NCBI RefSeq assembly: GCF_001194135.2
Contig: NC_068994.1
Span: 60,256,956-60,320,955, forward strand
Direction: 5' to 3'
Length of the DNA stretch: 64,000 nt
DNA from: Octopus bimaculoides
Taxonomy: Eukaryota
Positions 1-12,742 of the stretch are shown in pieces. Both the position numbers and the translations under genes were made by a program. The notes under the pieces are model-generated. The model ran no database searches. It had not been told where the DNA came from and was given only the letters and a program-made list of their open reading frames with translations. Each line of letters begins with the position of its first letter. Position 1 is the stretch's first letter.

Positions 1-250
1 AGAAAATAGGTAGGTAGGCAATCGTCTGCTACTTTCACGACTGACGTCACATACAACACAGTTTTCTAGTCACCGTTTTCTTCTCTAACCCTTTTCTTCT
101 TTCCTTCTCGCCATTATCTTTTTACACTTTCTTCCCATTTGACCTCTATCTTATTTTCATACTGTTTACTCCATTAAACTTATCTCACTCACTGGGTTAA
201 CCCTCTCTCCCTCTCCAGACTTCATTATCACCCTCTCATCTCTTCCTTTT

Positions 251-253
<3 letters not shown>

Positions 254-316
<63 letters not shown>
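254..316. repeat. (CT)n microsatellite
   Basis: Direct dinucleotide run. Confidence 0.95.
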
Positions 317-319
<3 letters not shown>

Positions 320-498
320 TACTATGTCTGAACTTGCGTTTCTTTCCTTATCCCATTCACGTTTCCTTATTCGGTATCCATACGTCTCCCCCATCCTCTA
401 CTCTACTCTCTTCTCTCTTTTGAGATACTTATTCTTTCATACTTCTCTATAATCTCTCTCGCACTATAACACACACACACACACACACACATATATAT

Positions 499-873
499 NN
501 NNNNNNNNNNNNNNNNNNNNNNNNNNNNNNNNNNNNNNNNNNNNNNNNNNNNNNNNNNNNNNNNNNNNNNNNNNNNNNNNNNNNNNNNNNNNNNNNNNNN
601 NNNNNNNNNNNNNNNNNNNNNNNNNNNNNNNNNNNNNNNNNNNNNNNNNNNNNNNNNNNNNNNNNNNNNNNNNNNNNNNNNNNNNNNNNNNNNNNNNNNN
701 NNNNNNNNNNNNNNNNNNNNNNNNNNNNNNNNNNNNNNNNNNNNNNNNNNNNNNNNNNNNNNNNNNNNNNNNNNNNNNNNNNNNNNNNNNNNNNNNNNNN
801 NNNNNNNNNNNNNNNNNNNNNNNNNNNNNNNNNNNNNNNNNNNNNNNNNNNNNNNNNNNNNNNNNNNNNNNNN
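499..873. other. Assembly gap (first of 11 N gaps; others 5584-6260, 8758-9137, 12754-12858, 25730-25877, 28057-29023, 33856-34007, 43285-44150, 45144-45222, 50976-51108, 54521-54571)
   Basis: N runs, most adjacent to (TA)n tracts. Confidence 0.99.
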
Positions 874-2017
874 ACACACACTAACCCTGACGTTATCTTC
901 TCCACACCATCACCTCTCTATTTGCCCGCCATTATTCTGTATTACTTGGGAAAGATGGAGACACAAGACGTTAAAATCTGGCGTTATACAGAATTATAAA
1001 TATTGACACAAATGCAGGGAGGATGAGGAGGATGTAGATGAGGAAGATGAGGAGGACAAGGAGGATGAGGAAAAGGATGAGGAGGATGAGGCGAAGGAGG
1101 CGACATAATTGTCCTCAGAACAGAGTTGGTACTTTGAAGGTCAACTCTGAAAGAAGAAAAAACAAACTCGATCCAGTTGGGATATGAACTAGAGAGAAAA
1201 GAAGAGAAAGTGAGAGAAAGACAGAGAGAGGAGGAGGGAGAAAGAGAAAGAGAGAGAGAGTGAGAGAGAGAGAGTGAGAGAGAAAGAGGGAGAGAGAGAG
1301 TAATTAATTCACCTGTTCTAAAATAAAAACAACAGGTAAGGTTGTGGGATTAACACAAGCATAAGAGTTGAAAAATACTGGAAAATAATTTTTGCACAGT
1401 AATTACGTATCAAAACAGGTGAGTGGAAAAAATATTTGGTATTATTTATTCACCATTACACGCGTTTCATTTCCCAATAGGAGTTACAAAAGTGTATATG
1501 CAGAATAAACATATAGGACATCTTCAATTAGAAATTTATTAGATAAAGAATAAAACATTGTCAAAATAATATATATCTGTTACCAAAAAAACCTCTCGTT
1601 CTATCTCTCATTGAAATTATAGACATTTCAGTTACCAGTAATTACAACAACAAAACATAACCTAATTGACTCGCTGAGATCTACGAGCGAATTACGAACC
1701 TTTAGATTTGTTTGTCTAACGTCGCATCAAATTAACCGGAATTCGAAACCTTCTCTCATCCTATTCATTCAAACACTGATTCCATTCTGCAAGCAATTCT
1801 GATGATCCACCTCATGTTGAGGCACTCCCTCATCAATCGCCACGCCTTTAGGAATGGAATTAAGGGTCAGTGGATGACCATTGTTCTACTGACTAAAACT
1901 AATAACTCATCTCCTCTTAACCGCTCACGCTACATCCGAATTCATCAATCACCTCTAATCAAATAGACTCGAACTTATCAATTTATAAACTTTTTCTGTA
2001 CAGCTATGACTTTCGTT

Positions 2018-2112
2018 TGTTTACATCCCCGTAACTTAGCGGTATGGCAAAAAGAGACCGATAGAATAAATATCAGGGTCGATTTGTTCGACAAAACCCT
2101 TCAAGGCGGTGC
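2018..2112 (+). mobile_element. SINE-like family C, partial copy (3' end truncated where family B begins)
   Basis: gtttacatccccgtaacttagcgg...gaccgatagaataa...gggtcgatttgttcgac...ggcggtgc matches copies at 2385, 44745 (rc) and 52131. Confidence 0.75.
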
Positions 2113-2114
2113 AC

Positions 2115-2282
2115 GCGCAGGTGTATGGTAAGAAGTTTAATTCTCTACCACATGGTTCCGGGTTCAGTCCTACTGCGTGGCATCTTGGGCTATATATAGT
2201 CTTCTAGTTATAGCTTCGGGCAGGCTAAAGTCTTGCGAATGGATTTGGTTGATGGCGGAAACTGTAAGAAGCCCATCGTATA
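2115..2282 (+). mobile_element. tRNA-derived SINE family B
   Basis: B-box-like gggttcagtcc; body gatttggt...ggaaactg.aagaagccc.tcgtata shared with 27879, 44961 and 51387. Confidence 0.8.
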
Positions 2283-2296
2283 CACGTGCGCGCACG

Positions 2297-2350
<54 letters not shown>

Positions 2351-2384
2351 TGTGTCTTTGTGTTTGCCCCTTTTGTCAACGGGT

Positions 2385-2577
2385 GTTGGTGTGTTTACAT
2401 CTCCATTACTTAGCGGCTCGGTAGAACGGACCGATAAAATAAGTACCAGGCTTTAAAAAAACAGAAAGAAAGAATAATAATGAGTACTAGTGTCGATTCG
2501 TTCGACTAAAATCCTTCAAGGCGGCGCCCCAGCATGGCCGTACTCTAATGCCTGAAACAAGTGAAAGATAAAAGATA
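2385..2577 (+). mobile_element. SINE-like family C
   Basis: ttagcggctcgg...accgataaaataagtaccagg...ggcggcgccccagcatggccg...ctgaaacaagtgaaagataaaag. Confidence 0.75.
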
Positions 2578-3392
2578 TATTGCTAAAACTATATTCCCTA
2601 AGCAAGACTGTATCGTATTTGCTATGCTGAACCCTGCCGTCAGGGATTTTCTCTTCGCCTATGTAACATCATTATCTGCAGATGTATCTAGTTTCTGCCT
2701 GATCGTTTAATTCATTAACTCTTTTTCGTAAAAAATGGTGAATGTTTGTTTTGGTCTCCTTCATTTTCTTCGTGTCATCAAGAAATTAGTTCGAAGGTGT
2801 ATAAATACGCCGGGCTTTTGTTTAAAAGCTGGGTCGTCTACCATGAAATGTCGACAATTATAATGATATTAATCCCGCCTCCATTGACAAAAGAGTTCTT
2901 CTCAGTAACAAGAACGAAAAAATTATGATCTACTAAAAAAACAAAACAAAATGAATTTAAGAGAATAAAAACTAAAAAAAAATAATAAAACAGAAAGAGC
3001 AAAAATGTATGAAAGATAATTGTATCTGTCGTTAATCAAAATTCGCAGATTTGTTTTTGTTGTTTCTGCTTTTTATAAGACTGCAATTAGTATTTCTATT
3101 ATTGCTTTTACATTTTTTGCTATTTGTTTTTGCTATAATTAGTAGTCGTTGTTGTTATTGTTGGAATTGCCGTCCATGTTATTGATGTTGTTGTTGTTCT
3201 GATGTTCTCCGATGTTGTTCTTGGCATTGTTGTTGTTGTTGCTACTCACGTTGTCATTAATGTTTTCTTTACCTTCAATATTGTAAGAGCAGCAACAGTT
3301 TTTATTACTAATCTTGGCAGCAGCAGCAGCAGTAGTAGTAGTAGCAGTAGTAGTAGCAGCGTTACGAGTAACTGTTGCTGCACTAGTAGGAT

Positions 3393-3574
3393 AACACGCC
3401 GGACAAAAGGCTTGGCAGCATTTAGTCCGTCTTTACGTTCTGAGTTCAAATTCCGCCGAGATCTATTTTGCTTTTCATCCTTTCGGGGTCGATAAGTACC
3501 AGTTGAACACTGAGGTCAACGTAATTGACTCATCCCCTCCCCCAAAATTGATGTCCTTGTGGCAAAATTTGAAA

Positions 3575-3576
<2 letters not shown>
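3393..3576 (+). mobile_element. tRNA-derived SINE family A, 5'-truncated, followed by (ATT)n
   Basis: B box gagttcaaattcc; core cctttcggggtcgataagtaccagttg; tail ggcaaaatttgaaatc; same family as 15134, 47097, 47562, 50118. Confidence 0.8.
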
Positions 3577-3635
<59 letters not shown>

Positions 3636-4244
3636 TAGCAGCAGCGGCAGCAGCAGCGGCAGCAGCAGCGGCAGCAGTAGCAGCACTGTTTACGCCAGCG
3701 TACCAGGCCTCAAGATTTGCCTGTGCTCTTCCCGGTAAGACAACCAATAACCTTTTTCAGGCGTTATTCGCATTGCAGCCATTTTTAGGCAGAGTGAGGG
3801 ATGGACTAGTTCCTCTTCGCCAGATTATGATGGATTCACTGCAAGGGAACGATGGCAACCATTGCCTCAGTTGACAGTTTTTAACTTTCTGATAATAGCA
3901 GACTTCATTTTTGAAGTTGACTGGGTTTTGTTGCTTCCACAAATGACATTGTTGCCGTTGTCACCATCATTACCATATCTTCAGGATCTTCATGAGAAAA
4001 GTACACACACACACAGAGACGTGTGGTAGCGAAGCATATCCACAGATATTCTACTGGCCTTTCTCAGAAAAACTCCAAAATAAACAATGCAATCCTTGTT
4101 AAAACAAATATTTAGTTCTTGCTAATCAATTACCGTTCCTCTCCGTTCCAAAGATGGATCTTCTTTAATCAGTGAAGGCATTTCTAAGAGAGAATATTTC
4201 ATAGATCTTATTTAGAATTTCAGAATCTTAGGGTTATCAAATAT

Positions 4245-4460
4245 AATGGAGATGTAGAGACTGATCTGATGATCCCATTAATTGTCAATGTGTGGAATGG
4301 TTCACCAATTTCACGAGATGGAAACATGCAATACTTTTTTTCAGTGGACAAGGGAACTGGCACCAAACCCAAATGTGGTAAATTTCATGCTATTTCCTTC
4401 CTTGTAATTGTTGATAAGATATTTGAAATATTAAAGGAATTGTTGAATACAGTGTTCAGG
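4245..4460 (+). mobile_element. Degenerate non-LTR RT N-terminal fragment (RTE-like)
   Basis: Translation LIVNVWNGSPISRDG...KCGKFHAISFLVIVDKIFEIL resembles RT domain 1 (IW..IP.DW...C.NYRGISLL...KI). Confidence 0.45.
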
Positions 4461-4489
4461 TGAACCACAACTAAAAGAAAAATAATAAA

Positions 4490-4915
4490 AAAGGCCATCA
4501 GGTTTATTGTTGACGGATTTCAGGAAGCATGGAAGTTTTAAAGGATGTAATGTCTTGATAGCTAACGACTGCTGTGGGTAGGTTATTCCATGCTTCAACA
4601 ATTCTGAGCGTGAAAAAATGATTCCGAAAGCCATAGATGCTGTTTTTTGATTTTATAAGCATGTCCGCAAATGTTTGTCATATGGAATTCAAAAAGGTGC
4701 CCAAGGTTGCTGGAAAGATGGTGGATAATTTTGTGGATGTTAACCAAGTCAGTTGCCAGAGCTTCAATGTATCCATGCCCAGGGAAGCAAGACATTCAGA
4801 GTATGGTAGACGCCTGGCGGCGGGTATTCGTTTTGTTGCACGTTTCTGAACAGCTTCCTGGAGATTTATAGGCTGAGCAAAATGGGTTCCAGACAAGTCG
4901 AAACGTTTAGATGCC
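4490..4915 (-). mobile_element. CR1-group LINE 3' end fragment
   Basis: Frameshifted EAVQKRATKRIP..RRLPYSECLASLGMDTL, DLVNIHKII and RNHFFTLRIVEAWNNLPTAVV are typical CR1 C-terminal motifs. Confidence 0.85.
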
Positions 4916-6330
4916 TTAGTGGTTTATTGAAAGGTAATTATATGCAAATTAACTTTTATTTTGCTGTATTCGAGATCTATTCGTTTCCTTTAATTGCAGG
5001 TTTTTATCATATTACTAATTAATTCCTAATTAGTTGTAAAGCTCTGTAAATGAATACAGGCTACTATTAGACGAATTAAGATATGCTGTTGTAAGATTAA
5101 TGTGTGTCTAATTATCGCAGGAATCGCTCCACTCTATTTTAACTTTCCATACGCAATATATTTCCTACAAGTACAGTTTAGTGGTATGGTCATTACATCA
5201 GTAAAACAGAATTTTTCGCTTTATATAACCGTGTTCGCTTTATTCCCATTGTAAATCCTGTTACATTATATTCAATTTGATACCACACACTGCTGTTTAT
5301 AGTAATGCTTTGCATAAATTTTAGTTCACATGTATCACCAGTTGAAGAGCTGAGCAAGCGCCGAAACAGACAGGTGTACCGGTATTTTAACATACTATTT
5401 TCATTAAAAATGTCTATTCATTATATATTCATCTTGTGTATTCATTTCACAGAGACTTTTGTCATAGCCTACACTAATGATCTACCGAGTCGTAGAGTGT
5501 TCCCAGAGAATGAGCACTTCGACTGGACGAAGTGTGTGGCATTACACACGCATACAAACACATCGTTATATATATATATATATNNNNNNNNNNNNNNNNN
5601 NNNNNNNNNNNNNNNNNNNNNNNNNNNNNNNNNNNNNNNNNNNNNNNNNNNNNNNNNNNNNNNNNNNNNNNNNNNNNNNNNNNNNNNNNNNNNNNNNNNN
5701 NNNNNNNNNNNNNNNNNNNNNNNNNNNNNNNNNNNNNNNNNNNNNNNNNNNNNNNNNNNNNNNNNNNNNNNNNNNNNNNNNNNNNNNNNNNNNNNNNNNN
5801 NNNNNNNNNNNNNNNNNNNNNNNNNNNNNNNNNNNNNNNNNNNNNNNNNNNNNNNNNNNNNNNNNNNNNNNNNNNNNNNNNNNNNNNNNNNNNNNNNNNN
5901 NNNNNNNNNNNNNNNNNNNNNNNNNNNNNNNNNNNNNNNNNNNNNNNNNNNNNNNNNNNNNNNNNNNNNNNNNNNNNNNNNNNNNNNNNNNNNNNNNNNN
6001 NNNNNNNNNNNNNNNNNNNNNNNNNNNNNNNNNNNNNNNNNNNNNNNNNNNNNNNNNNNNNNNNNNNNNNNNNNNNNNNNNNNNNNNNNNNNNNNNNNNN
6101 NNNNNNNNNNNNNNNNNNNNNNNNNNNNNNNNNNNNNNNNNNNNNNNNNNNNNNNNNNNNNNNNNNNNNNNNNNNNNNNNNNNNNNNNNNNNNNNNNNNN
6201 NNNNNNNNNNNNNNNNNNNNNNNNNNNNNNNNNNNNNNNNNNNNNNNNNNNNNNNNNNNNTATATACGTGTGTTTACGTATGTATAAATTTGTGTAGGAA
6301 CAGAGTGTGAGTGCGTGTCTGTGTGTGTGT

Positions 6331-6361
<31 letters not shown>

Positions 6362-6690
6362 AGTGTTTGTGCGTGTGTGTGTGTGTGTGTGTGTAATTAT
6401 TTCATGCTTTCTGTCTTTGCTCGTGTTTATCCATTTATTTATCAATTTTAATTAATTTGTCTAAAAGTTAATTAGATATGAGTTTCTAATTAATTTCTAA
6501 TTTTTCTATCTCCTCCAACTTTCGCACCTACCCCCACCCCCGTTCCTACCCTTCACAACTTCTGTTTTCTCTCCGTTCATCCACCACTGTTGTCCAATCA
6601 AATTATACATTCACACACACATACGGATGCACGCACGCATGCGTACGCACACATACAAATACTTACATACACGCACATGTGTTTATATTC

Positions 6691-6734
6691 ATACATAAGC
6701 ACACATAAGCACACATAAGCACACATAAGCACAC
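6691..6734. repeat. 10-bp tandem repeat (acacataagc) x4
   Basis: Direct inspection. Confidence 0.9.
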
Positions 6735-7899
6735 GTGCACACTCACATATTCATATGCATGTACTGGTATATATTTTTATGTATGTACGTACGTACGTAT
6801 GTATATATGTGCATGTATGCGTGTGTGTGTGTGTGTGTGCATTTGTGCGTGTGAACAAACCGACGCACCGATCGAGAGATACAGAGTAGAAAATAGAGAA
6901 AAATAAACAGACTTTGGGAACAGTGAAAGAGACGGGGCTGGTTGTGAACGTTGGTTCCTGGAGAGAGGAGACGAGACTTCGTAGTTACATCGAGTACGTT
7001 CTGTGTATCTGGCTTTGGAGTCAAGAAGGACAGCAGGGCATTGAGTACTAAAGTGGGGTGGGGTGGCAATGAGAGAGAGAGAGAGAGAGAAGGAGAGAGA
7101 GAGAAGGAGAGAGAGAGAGAAAGAGAGAGAATTGTTCGGCAGGGATATGGCAGTGACAGGTGAGAGAAAGACGAAAACTAAGAATAAAAGCATCGCCCGA
7201 GAGGAAGCAAACCAAATTAAACAGTCATTACTTTCTGGTTACAGCTATACTCAATCAACAGGATCTAAGCGCTTATTTATGGAATTTATGAGACAACAAA
7301 GTCGATGGGGTATACATCAATAGTTATGCCCATAATTATTCGATAGTTATCAAATGGAGTCACTATTTTTTATAGTTTTCGTGAAGTTTTCACGGGTCCA
7401 CCTAGTAAAAATTGTTATCGTACAAAAAAAACTCGCCGTAAACAATTGCAGTAATGAAAACTTGGGAATCCAAAGTTTCAGGATTGCGGGTCCGGGTTCC
7501 ACCCGGAATGTTTTTAAGTTACTCACGGAATCGGCCTGATTTCAAAATGGTATGATATGTTGGGCTACAGCGTCTAGGAATAAAGTTGAAAAAGCGTGAC
7601 ACACTGACAATCGCATTTATTATATTAGATATTCATCTCGTATATGATATACTTAACGCATGTGTGTTATTGAAAAGTCAGAAGCTGCATCCGTCCAGGA
7701 AAAATCCCTTTATAGAATTATCACGTTTCAAAAATACGATATCCTCCTAGGCGAAACGAAATTTTACCCCACCCACCTAGGTGACTGCAGGAGCTGCTTT
7801 TAGTGCATAATTCGAATTTTATTCAGTTTTAGCGGTGTCATTGCAAACTAATATATTGCTTATACATTGTGTTTATACACTTTAGACTGGTCGGCTCCA

Positions 7900-8270
7900 C
7901 TTTGTTTCGAAGATGAAACGAGTATGTGACATTCTCGCCAAAAAACAACATGGTTTCATTTCGGTTCCAGTCCTATTCACCAGATTTAGCGCCTGCAGAC
8001 TTCCATTTCTTCCCCAAGATGGAAATACAATTCAAAGGTCGTTGTTTTAACACTGTTGTCGAGATCAAGACCGAATCGCAGAAGGTCCTCCACTCGCTTA
8101 CGGTTAACGCCTTCCAGGCCGGATTCCAGAAGTGGCAGAAATGTTGGGTCTGGTGTATTGTTGCGCAAGGTGATTATTTCGAAGATGATGTGAAAAAACT
8201 TAGATAAATAAGCTATTTTTTTTTATTTATCAAACATAACTAGCCAGGGAACCTTTCGATACCACCTCGT
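7900..8270 (+). mobile_element. Mariner transposase C-terminal remnant with right TIR
   Basis: YSPDLAPADFHFFPK...KGRCF...FQKWQKCWVWCIVAQGDYFE (YSPDLAP mariner motif); TIR-like end ctttcgataccacctcgt at about 8253-8270. Confidence 0.9.
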
Positions 8271-8694
8271 GCGTGCGTGCGTGCGTACCTACACTCAGAT
8301 ACATGTATAGGACTGCGTGCATATATCTGTGGAAACTGATAATCTTTCTTTGTGCAAATACACATACGCGAGACGCGCGCGCGAGCACACGAACACACAC
8401 ACGCGCATGCAATGGTGTTGACCTAATCGACCAATCAGTCTTTCTCGGATGGCTGTGTCCCTAACAAATTGCTTGTCTTGTTTAGCCACAGATGAACCTT
8501 GCTTCAGTAGATTTATGAAGACCGTCATTAACTCAGCTACAGTCGTTTTCAGACTGAAATGTTGTCACTTACGGAATATTTGACTGCTAAATCTAGCAGA
8601 TCGATCAGCTGCACAAAGACTGTTTCGTAGTCGTATCATTAATAGTTATAGAGTTGTCTATTATCTTTGTGACTGTCTCTCGCTTTTGTGTGCC

Positions 8695-8757
<63 letters not shown>

Positions 8758-9193
8758 NNNNNNNNNNNNNNNNNNNNNNNNNNNNNNNNNNNNNNNNNNN
8801 NNNNNNNNNNNNNNNNNNNNNNNNNNNNNNNNNNNNNNNNNNNNNNNNNNNNNNNNNNNNNNNNNNNNNNNNNNNNNNNNNNNNNNNNNNNNNNNNNNNN
8901 NNNNNNNNNNNNNNNNNNNNNNNNNNNNNNNNNNNNNNNNNNNNNNNNNNNNNNNNNNNNNNNNNNNNNNNNNNNNNNNNNNNNNNNNNNNNNNNNNNNN
9001 NNNNNNNNNNNNNNNNNNNNNNNNNNNNNNNNNNNNNNNNNNNNNNNNNNNNNNNNNNNNNNNNNNNNNNNNNNNNNNNNNNNNNNNNNNNNNNNNNNNN
9101 NNNNNNNNNNNNNNNNNNNNNNNNNNNNNNNNNNNNNCTCTCTCTCTCTTTCTCTCTATCTCTCTCTCCCCCTCTCTCTCTCTCACACACACG

Positions 9194-9243
<50 letters not shown>

Positions 9244-9599
9244 ATATATACCTAAGATTAAAGGGGATTTAGAAATCCGAGCGGTTTCCACATTCAGCAT
9301 TCCTGAGAACACTGGTTAATGAATACATAAAAAATGGTCAAACTATTCCATACAAATTGAAATTCTAGAGAGAATTTGTTAGTTGTGGAGTTAGGGTTAG
9401 AGTAAGTTCAAGAATAGAAGTGATGGTATTACATTTATTCATTAATTACGATCGTTTCAATATATACATTTGCGCATGTGTGTGTGTGTGTGTGTGTATT
9501 CCCTTTCAACAAACCTTAGAGACTTTGAAACAACTTGTTAGTGCAAGTGCAGTCAGTTTGCATACTGGACATCAATAGGTTTTAGAAGTCATCAAGAGA

Positions 9600-11233
9600 A
9601 AAATGCTCAGTTTCGGGACCTTTGATGACTTTACTGCGCACCGGTCCCCTCACTGAAGTGAAACCCCCTACCTACTTGTTTGACTACCAGTATTCGACCT
9701 CAAGTCCTTTTCAAGATCATCACCTCTCTAGCCAGGATATACATGTTCAACCATATCCAATGGTTGGATCTCAACTGTTGCCTAGATTTCTTTCAAAATG
9801 GCGTTTGCTTGCTGATGTTTGACACCAATCGATAGCAGCCACTGTCTCAGTTTGGTTCCAACAAAACCCCATCCATTCAAATACTACAGGGAAGTGTATT
9901 ACACTCCAACCAGTATCTACACAGTCTACTGGTTCCGTCTGACAATGCTCATCTTTCTTAATCTGGGCTGCAACTGTACTGTCTTCCTATTGGACAGTTA
10001 ATTCAACAAGGTGTATTATCTTACTTTCATCACACCATCTTGTCGTATCCAGCTTCTTCTTTGTTAGTGTTGGAAAGAGGCGGTCACACGCTTCAAAATC
10101 TGCTGCTGCCTCCTCCCATACTCCATCTCAGTTATCCTCATTCACAAATTTCTCCTTTCGTTTTGGGTAACCATCTTGACATTGACAAACGTGATAAACT
10201 GTTTACTACCATCCTTCTGCGGTTTCTTGATCATTTCCGTCTGCTTCTTACCGACATTGCAGAGTATTTTGAGGACCTCATTGTATCTCCCTCCATGTAT
10301 ACACTTCCAACGCCATCGAGCAGCTAGAACATGCTTTAGCGCACCAACTTTTCCTCATCACCAGTTGTCATTCGCTATTTTCCACTTCAGCAGTTGAGGG
10401 ATGTGATGGTATTAAATGGCAATACATCAAAGGTGGATCGAAGGAGGAAGCGGAACTGTGAGGTGCTCTACTTGCAAATATCATCCCGCCAAACCTTCTT
10501 TTCAATAACTTCCCACTTGATTATCTGGACTTGTTGATGGCACTGAATCGAATGCAGTTCCCTTGCCTGATTTTTCGGGCCTTAACACAGCCATGAACTG
10601 CGGCTCTGCACTCCCTCTGTGTCATCGATGAAAATGGTTTAAACGGATTACAACCAATGCCTTTCCAATTGCTTTGAATTGCACTCCTCCCCCTTCTCGA
10701 TGCTCCAATGATGCTGTTATGTCATCAGTTTCTTTTTTTGTGCACAGTTTTCCTGCAGTTTTTACATCTGACGGATTGTCCTGTACTTCTACAGCTTCGG
10801 ACTTCTTCATTATAATGACTGTTTGCACCTTTCCAGATTTGCAGATCTTAGCAATTAATTTGGCAGTTGACGAGACAGCTTTCGATATGGCCCTGAACTG
10901 TTAATTGTTCAAAGTAAACCGAGCCATTTCTGATGCAAATACTGCATTTTCGCTTCATGGTCTCCACTCTTGATAATGCTACCTCGTATATGCTCAGAGG
11001 GCAAGCAAGATAGAGCTATAGACCAAAATGCAAACACCAAATCTTGTATTTCTCTGGTAGTTTTGACTTATCAATTGCTTTTCACCCATCCTCAGTTTGT
11101 GCCATGATCTCAATGCCTCTTCTCTTATCAGACAAGATGGTGTACCATCGTTCTAAACTTTTTACAGGTTTCTTCTTAACATTTGGTATGGTTTGTCCTG
11201 CTATTTTGAAATTCATTTGCTTCTGCCAACTTT
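9600..11233 (-). mobile_element. HERO-like RLE non-LTR retrotransposon, 5'-truncated and decayed
   Basis: Stitched frames: IPNVKKKPVKSLERWY..LSDKRRG, KYKIWCLHFGL, LSIYEVALSRVE, FRFLLRSTFDVLP, YTWR..NEVLKIL, WCDESKIIHLVELTV..EDS (RT thumb, zinc-knuckle remnant, RLE domain). Confidence 0.8.
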
Positions 11234-11860
11234 AAACAAATGCCGAACTGTGTGAATTCTTTGCTTTAATACCCAATCGTAGAGTAGTTATGTGGTCGCT
11301 AGACATGTTAAAGATAACAGTCAAATCTTTATATAATCGCACTCTAGGCTTTAAAAAAGGAAGAACGTATCGGATAATGTAGACGAAATGTTTACGGCTG
11401 GATTTCCTGTGATCCTGGTTCTTTTTTTTTTTTACAACAGAGCTGACCTGGGGGCAAAACAACGACAGCAACAATTTTTGCCAATTTGGAAGGAAACTAG
11501 AGAATGGGCGAATCATTAAAACGAAATATTCTAAAGTTTCCTTAAAGGATTCTTTAAAATTATTACAGTTTGTTGCGATTGCAAATTAAATGTTGTTGAT
11601 GTTGATGTCATCACAAATAAAACTTTTTCAGATTCATTAACAAAAGCATTTCACTGCTGGCTTTCTCTCTCTTTTTTTTTCTTGACAAATGAAGGAAGGT
11701 TGCGATGGTGACATGCAAATACCATTTATTTACTTCCGGTTGTTTTGTTTCAGATGTTAAATTATAATTATCGGATTGTACGAAGACAAATTTCAGAAAA
11801 TATTTTCAACAAAAAAACCTCAAGGTTAATTTTCTGTAAAATGGAAAAAATGAAGAATTA

Positions 11861-11929
11861 AAATGGAATAAAGAACGAATTGAAATGGAATAAAGAACGA
11901 ATTGAAATGGAATAAAGAACGAATTGAAA
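11861..11929. repeat. Perfect 22-bp tandem repeat x3 (aaatggaataaagaacgaattg)
   Basis: Units at 11861, 11883 and 11905. Confidence 0.95.
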
Positions 11930-12261
11930 GGTATCTCTTGATGGAGTAAACAGATTAAAAAATAAAGTTCCTAATCCTGATACTTTCAAAAAGATAAAAT
12001 TAAATTTTAGTAACATCAATAATCTTATGACTGTTTCTTGCAAGTCAGCGACGATGGGAAGCACCATTGCTTGGACAAGTTTCTCAACCTTAAACATTCT
12101 TTTTCCTTTCCTTCTCTCTTCTTCTTTCTCTTCATTTTAAAATTCATTATTAAAATGCAGTTGATAATTCGTTACGCGGAATTCCGAAGTCCGGTTTTGA
12201 GTCTAACAATTTTGGGGGTAAGAGAGAGAAACCGCTTACATGGAAAGATCGGGAAGGTTTG

Positions 12262-12742
12262 AAAATCTGAGAGGGTCACTATAAACAGCAGTGGCCCCAA
12301 GATAGTGCCCTGTGGAACACCACTGGCTATTTGCGTTTCCTTGGCCACTACTGCCTGACGTCTATCCTTTAGAAAGTTGTGCAGCCATTCTCCAAGTTTT
12401 CCGCATATGCCCAGATCGCGCAGTTTGTGACATATCATACCATGGTCAACTTTGTCAAAGGCTTTTGAAAAGTCGAGATGTATCACATCCACGCTTGAGT
12501 CTTCAGCAGCTTTTCTAACACCCAGTCGTAGTGTTGCAGGAGCTGTGTCAGACAGCTTCTACCTGGACGAAATGCATGCTGGGTGTCAGTCAGTAAGTCA
12601 TTTTCTCCGAGGAAGGTGATTAGTTTCTTGCGGACTATTCATTCTATTACTTTATTGATATGTGAGGTCAGAGAGATAGGCCTATAATTTTTAGCATCTG
12701 CTTTGTTTCCTCCCTTATGGATAGGGCATATCATCCCTTCAG
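12262..12742 (-). mobile_element. CR1/L2-group LINE reverse transcriptase fragment
   Basis: NYRPISLTSHINKV, QHAFRPGRSCLTQLL, DVIHLDFSKAFDKVDHG, SGVPQGTILGPLLF. Confidence 0.92.

Noticed and set aside
1021-1105. Acidic (E/D) coding exon candidates here and at 34528-34680
   Set aside because: Trinucleotide low complexity without supported splice context or flanking domain similarity
11425-11520. Strong-looking splice acceptor (T-run + acaacag) followed by a short open frame
   Set aside because: Downstream gacctggggg-caaaacaac resembles a dispersed repeat end seen elsewhere in the window; no recognisable protein
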